Shown here one piece after another: positions 57,422-64,000 of a DNA stretch of 64,000 nucleotides. The translations under genes were made by a program, and so were the position numbers. A model generated the notes under the pieces. The model saw nothing but the letters and a program-made list of their open reading frames with translations. It made no database searches and was not told where the DNA came from. Location of the stretch: contig OZ024743.1 in the NCBI GenBank assembly GCA_964016885.1, forward strand, positions 265,050,001-265,114,000. The letters run 5' to 3'. The first letter of the stretch is position 1. Each line of letters starts with the position of its first letter. This DNA comes from Eledone cirrhosa. Lineage: Eukaryota.

Positions 57422-57713
57422 TATATACATACACACACATATATATGTATATGTAATATTAAAGCAAAAAGTTATGTTACTGCATTCTTAACCTCATTTT
57501 TATCCTTCGGTTTTTCTCGATTATTTCAGTTGTCATATATTCCAATTATCTTTGGCGCCTTGTATCTAAATATACCTTTCTTTAGTAACATAGACTGCTT
57601 GTCATGCTCATGCACACACACACAAAAATACACAAAACACACTCACGCGCGCGTGCACGCACACAAATACAAACATATATATATGTTACTCTGGCGTCCC
57701 CCTTTATTTACGT

Positions 57714-57815
57714 GTCCCAACGACTTTTTTTAGCCGTTGTTCGCACCAACCCGAGGCATATGGCCCTTAAAGCGATGAAATGCCCAGGACGGTTGGAGGG
57801 TCACTGATGAAGGAC
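57714..57815 (+). ncRNA. Candidate non-circularly permuted hammerhead ribozyme, copy 3 (most GC-rich)
   Basis: GUCC-[CAACGAC/GCCGUUG]-U-UCGCA-C-CAACC-C-GA-GGCAU-A-UGGCCCU-UAA-AGCGA-U-GAA-AUGCC-CAG-GA-C-GGUUG-G-AGGGUCA-CUGAUGA-A-GGAC. Confidence 0.75.
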
Positions 57816-57870
57816 TCACTTTTTCATATGTATCCCATTTGCAACGCCGCAGCTCCATTATTATCATATT

Positions 57871-57921
<51 letters not shown>

Positions 57922-59489
57922 TTTCATATATATATAAGCTGAAGTCTTTTTATCATTATTATATGTTTCACACTACCGATTATACAAACGACTGGAAAAG
58001 GATAACAGCGCGAGAGTATTATAAACAAACACATTCGCCAACACATCGCAATATGAATAATCATCGAAATTTGAATAGATGTTAAAAGACTATTAAAAAT
58101 TCGCCATGCATTCCTCTATCCTATCATTATGCATATGACGCGTGATATTCATCTATTAAAACTTAGAACGACATGATATTCTTATGGTACCTGTATATGT
58201 GCAGTATACTCAGACATGAAAGATGTCTATTGTCAATATAGTTACATTGTTCATAAATAAGAAAACAGTATACTTTTTCTATTTTAACACTCTTTCAGTG
58301 TTTGTTTTTCTATTTTAACAACCTTTCAGTGTTTGACAAATCTACTCTGTTGGTGGGGGATAACCGACGTTCACTATTTGGTAATTGAGATTTACTTATG
58401 AATACAGATGACATTGTCCGCAAGAATTCCACTTGTTCAAATACGTAAGATGTGGTAACATAGTATTCTATGTTACTCAGTGATGTCATACTTTTCCATG
58501 TTTTCCATAACAGACGAATTTGAATTTTTTAAATATTTTCATTATGGAAACTTCAGATATAGGATAGCAAGATATAGGATAGCGAGGTAGTGAAGCGTCT
58601 TACTAAATGACTGAATCTAAAGATTCGTTACAATAATTTATTTCTAAAGAGTTTAATTAGACATTACACATAATTTTGTTGAAATATTATTTGCAAGCGA
58701 AGCTTAAGCTAGATAAACTAATGCGGTAGAAGAATGTATATGGTTGAGAGCGCAGATGTTATTGCAATTAAATAGATCAGAAAAGTTGTGCGTGTTCATG
58801 CTGGGAAGGCACTATGGTTTATACTGGTTATAGAAGCGGCAAAATCTATGGTGCAACTGTAATCCACTTTAACTGTATATCTATTAATTATCTTATTGTA
58901 TTTATGCCCATCGGGGAAATTCGTATTCACAAACATAGGGAAATCCGGACAACAATGGAACGAAACTTTAAACTATAGGAAGTATCATAATATACAATAT
59001 TTCGATTAGTATTTTTGCATATTTTAGTATATAAACGTTAAGTATGCCTAATGTATTGAACCATTAAAGCCATTTTTGAAGGCATTATTGAAATAATGAG
59101 CCACACGTGAAAGGTAAGTTGGATAAACATTTTCTTCAAGCATTTCAACCATGTCACATCACATCCCGCATTACATCCCACGTCACATTGTTAACTACCA
59201 TGCGATCGTGAACATTTGTCTCTGTAACAATTCTGAAAGCATACATTTACTTACAATTCTCTATGTATCACTACATGTGCACTTGCCATTTCGTTCTTTG
59301 CAATCTTCTTTACTGTATTTGTATGCATATATAAGTACACACGGACACATATTCACGAACGTACACACACACACACATATATATATATATACATATGTAT
59401 ATATATATATATATATATGTATGTATATATATATATATATATACACGTCTGCTATTATTTATGTAAATATGTATTCATATATGAATATA

Positions 59490-60238
59490 TCTATTGCCAA
59501 TTAAAATAACCAGTTCACTCCATATGGAAATGGACATCTCCAACGAATGTTCATCACGCAAAATTCTCTATACTTCCTAGTCTATTTCCATGCCAGAACG
59601 AGTTGAGTGGCTGCCGCTGATGAAAAATTAGAAAATCTTGAAACAGCGCTGTTTGATGTTCTCAAAATTTACTGGTAATCCTGTGATCAGATGCAAATAG
59701 AGAAAACTACTTTTTTTTACGTTACGAGAGAATATGTTTCATTGATAGCAACACTACTCATAAAATTATTGATTATAAATATATAACATGTGTTTTCGTA
59801 TACACCACTATTATGCTTAAACGCTGCCAATTAAATATAACCAGCCAATATTAAGCTATATGCAAATGAGCATTTTTCACTGATGTTTTTCATTCGTTAT
59901 ATGCAAATCATTATCTCCAGTAAATGTTCATCACACAAAATTCTATGCATGCCCTAGATTATTCCTAAGTCAGCACGAGTTGAGTTAGTGTCACTGATGA
60001 AAGATAAACAAAACTTGAAAAAACCCTGTCTCACATTCTCAAAACGTACTGGCAAATCTGTGATATAGTCACAGAAGAAAATAGAGAAAAGGTATTGTTT
60101 TCGCTACGAAATAATATTCGCCTTTGATACCGAGGTTACCATCATGTTTATTGAATACGAATGTATAATATATGTTTATATTGATTTCAATATACGCCGT
60201 TATTATGCTTAAACGCCGTATCAGTGTTACTGCCAATT

Positions 60239-60240
<2 letters not shown>
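59490..60240 (+). repeat. Old tandem dimer (~375-bp period) with degenerate hammerheads
   Basis: AATGTTCATCAC.CAAAATTCT at ~59546 and ~59922. CTGATGA...GAAA at ~59617 (stem III ACAGCGCTGT) and ~59994. Confidence 0.65.
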
Positions 60241-60318
<78 letters not shown>

Positions 60319-60347
60319 ATGTGTGTGTGTGTGTGTGTGTGTTTAAG

Positions 60348-60401
<54 letters not shown>

Positions 60402-60402
<1 letters not shown>

Positions 60403-62108
60403 GACCACTGTAGCCTACTTGAATTATTCCCCTATTATAAAATCAACAAAGGTTACGGCCTACTACCAATGCCTTCCAACCACATCTTCCTATACATAAA
60501 CATAGCAGAAGGAAGAAGAGTGCACCTGAGCATAAAGCGTAAGGGACACGTAACGGGGAACGGCGAATTAACATCCATAAGAACGGTCACCCTGATAGCA
60601 CTACACGTAGCAAACGTACTAAGACACGTAATCGCCACCGTAACGTCCTATGGTTCCATCCCACCTACTCTCGGAGTGTGGCCTCCGACATACCGGATAT
60701 TCTTCGAAGTCTTAGAGAAGAACTTGCCACCCATCCAGAGGTATAGGAAAATCCTTAATAGGAACAATATAAAAATATCCTTCTCTACTACTCCTAACCT
60801 AGCAGACATCATAGGAACAATCACAGTAAGATCACCAAGACACAGCACCTTAACACAGACGCACCTACACCTGACAACAACTATATCGGCCTTAACGACT
60901 CCCTAGCAGCATACAATATTGCTGGCAACAGCCTCTACAGACGCAACCAACACAAGCGCGACTTGACTGGGGAATATGCAAGTGACCCGCACGGGTCACC
61001 CGGCAGCAACGGAAGACTCTGCTGCGTGCAGATTAATAATGGTACACCCCACGCAAAGTGGGTTATAATGGTCCTAATTACAGATGTGGGAGCGTAGGTA
61101 ACAACGTAGATAGCAATAATAATAGCCTTACTGTGGGAGCTAGAAGGGACCGCGACCGAAATTGCAACTCCCGCGACAGGGGACGCTGCCTCCTTAGCGG
61201 AAACTGCTTGACTGATAGAATTATATATAGGTGCACCGTAACTAGCCATAATAGCGTTAAACATTATATAGGGGCTACCTCTGGCCCTTTTAAAATAAGA
61301 TTTCAAACACATCTCCACTCTTTCACAAATAAGAAATTAAGACACTCCACATCGCTCGCGAACTACATCACAGCATTAAAAGACTTAAACATCAGCTTCT
61401 CCACACACTAGGAAATCTTCGGCAGGGCTGCACCGTACAAATTCAAGAGGAAGTGCGAGCTTTGCCTCATGGAGCTCTACTACATCATAACGGCACCCTA
61501 CGAGCTCATCAACAGAAGAGCTGAAACGACGATAAGCTGTACACACCGCTTAAAAATATCCTACTTCAGATGGAATAAGAACGAAAGGTACCGTAAACCG
61601 GGTCTCCCTGCACCAAGCTTTAACACCCCGGCGGGCAGGCGCTGCTAAAAACATCCGGAAGCTAACCATGCATCCAAGACCCGGCATGAATCGACCCAAG
61701 CGGGCAGGCGCAGCAAACAAACGTCTCGAAACAAACGTTGCATACCTCACCCTGTGCGTATCGGCAATGGTAAGGTAGTAACCACTTGCTTCTATCGGAT
61801 AAAAAATTTGTTCGGAAAAGACTGCCCTAACACCGGCCAGAGTTATCTCCCTTGACCTACTGCAAAATCAAAACATGTTTTTTTACGAAGAATGAACTCT
61901 CACGTGAACTTATCTCTAAAAACCAATTCCGGGTCATGTAAGGAACGCTTTTTAGTTATTATGCCCTTGAGAAGCCCATTCGGGCGAAACGTACGTAGGT
62001 GCTATTTTAAATAAACATGTTTTAACGGTCTGTACTCCTGTATTTTACTTCTCCACGTGCTTACGCTCTGCAAATTCTCCATATTAACACTTCCAATATT
62101 TAACATTG
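60402..62108 (+). mobile_element. Degenerate 5'-truncated PLE (linker + GIY-YIG + pLTR)
   Basis: YRKILNRNNIKISFSTTPNL; RIIYRC...HYIGATSGPFKIRFQTH; then CELCLME after a stop. Eroded HHR at 61961-62002 (GCCC-AUUC-GGGC-GAAA-CGUACG-UA). TA flanks. Confidence 0.85.
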
Positions 62109-62118
62109 ATATATGTAT

Positions 62119-62149
<31 letters not shown>

Positions 62150-63576
62150 GATACCGCGGATAGAATGATAATCATTTTCCGAATCTATGCACGAGACTCA
62201 CGTTACAATGACGACTTTTAAGGCGTACATTTTATTAGCAGTAATCAAAAATATACCAGGTCTTACATGTACATTGCAGATTTCTTTGCTAAAATATTGA
62301 ATAACCAAACTATTGCATATTTGTGCAATAAATTGTCACGCAGTACGAAATAGGCTGTTCCATTTCTAAGGAACATAAATAAATGCAGTGCACAACAATT
62401 TATTGCTCTTAGCAAGTTATATAACTGCACAGAATATATATATATACATATACTTTGCTTTTGTATTTGTTTTGGAAATACAAAATGAAAACTTGTGTTA
62501 AAACACCATATTATTGTACTTTGGGAGAGTCATGCTGCCAATAAAAACACGTGCACCTGTTTGTTTTCTCAACAATATGTATATATGTATAATTTTTAAT
62601 TATTAATTAATATTATGGTTCATAGACTTATGTAACATATATTGCGATACCTGCTACTGAAACTGCAGCAATCACCAACGCTGGTTCTCTTTGTCTTCGC
62701 ACACTCTACTGATGGGATTCAAATAGTTTCGACAAGGTGACGAAATACTTAAGGGAAGCAAATCCTCTTTACGACGCCGTAAATCACTGCCTAACCAATC
62801 AAACAAAATTATAAAACTTAATCAACCACATATCAACACTTGACAGCAGTGGACAGGATTTGACAAACATCTAGAAGAAAACGACATCTTTTTTCACATC
62901 AAACTCATCGTAACGTGACTAAAATCGGAGAATGTATAATAACGCCAAGATACTTACACCGGGAAACGGCAAGAATAAAACACCAAAGCAATTCCCAAAT
63001 GCTGAGCTCTACCAGAAAATGTGAATGGTGAGAGTATTGAGGACAAGATTGCAGGCATACTACTCTACGGTTTCTTGAATCCAGATGAAACATTTGCTGC
63101 TTTAGAATATTGTTACGATAGAGAGAAAATGCACACAATGTTTCGTGAAAAAATCCTGCTTCAATATTCGCCCACTTATAGTAAAATTAACGCAAGCAGC
63201 CGAGGATGTTTTGCCACCCTCCATATTCCCTAGACATCTCTGAGAGATGATCTCTCCTAACCATAGCAGCAATAGAAGAAGCCATTACACATTTTATCGA
63301 CACCAGGGATTCTGAATTATATAGGAAGCGTAAAAATACGCATGCTTAACCGGAAAGCTTTTCCTTGGATGCTAAATCAAATGGCCATATCGATTCTTAA
63401 ATCTGAATTAAATCCACCGCTAGCCTAAAATATTAAAACAATTCGATTATTAAACTTATTTTCATCACATTTCTTTGCTGAAATATTTGTTGATTTGGAA
63501 TTCATTTAACATGAATCACTCTGGTTCTCTTTTCAATGGAAATTTTCTAAAATGTAATTAAATTGCATTACTAGTA

Positions 63577-63766
63577 CTGGTGAATTGGCAGTATCGGTAG
63601 AGGGTCAGACACCATGCATTCTAGCATAGTTATGTCCCTTTATGATCTGAGTTCAAATCCCGCCGAGGTTAACTTTGCCTTTCATCCTTACGGGGTCGAT
63701 AAAATAAAGTACCAGTAATCTACTGGATAATTGCTGGCCTTGTGTCAAAAAGTAGAAACAATTACT
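63577..63766 (+). mobile_element. tRNA-derived SINE (family 1)
   Basis: A/B boxes, body and tail present. Confidence 0.88.
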
Positions 63767-63903
63767 AGTTCTCCATTACTCTTAGGTGATTCTTAAGACA
63801 TTACATTTAATAAAATATTTATATATACGTTCAATGTGTTGTGCTGTGTCGATCACTAGAATATTTCCTAATGTAAGCCCTTTGTCGTCTATAAAGAAAA
63901 CAT

Positions 63904-64000
63904 TGGTGAATTGGCAGTATCTGTAGAGGGTCGGACGCCAGGCTTTCTAGCATAGCTACGTCCCTTTACAGTCTGAGTTCAAATCCCGCCGAGGTTAACC
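63904..64000 (+). mobile_element. tRNA-derived SINE (family 1), cut by the window end
   Basis: Head and B box present. Confidence 0.85.

Noticed and set aside
62690-63270. Possible decayed LINE RT on the plus strand
   Set aside because: Weak similarity only, with no intact diagnostic motif.

Overview
This is AT-rich eukaryotic repeat DNA with no recognisable host gene. The long (TA)n/(CA)n tracts and the SINE type suggest an octopus or other cephalopod genome (inference). Most long ORFs in the track are microsatellite translations. The window is a nest of mobile elements. Penelope-like retroelement (PLE) pieces dominate: RT and GIY-YIG fragments, and pLTR-like ends carrying type I hammerhead ribozymes (HHRs). 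Nearly all sit in (TA)n tracts and many are fold-back palindromes, the largest with ~1.9 kb arms. There is also a 7.6 kb array of a 310-bp HHR-bearing monomer (retrozyme-like, 20 HHR copies), interrupted twice by the same 774-bp Helitron. Other elements are tRNA-derived SINEs, LINE fragments, a second Helitron and a mariner relic. The most novel signal is a 102-nt RNA motif at three diverged loci (2201-2302 with a mirror copy at 1920-2021, 37345-37446, 57714-57815). It holds a complete hammerhead core whose strands run in the order UH, GAAA, CUGANGA, which is not a circular permutation of types I/II/III. Its helices show compensatory changes and helix III carries a kink-turn. All structures were read by eye; nothing was computed or searched.
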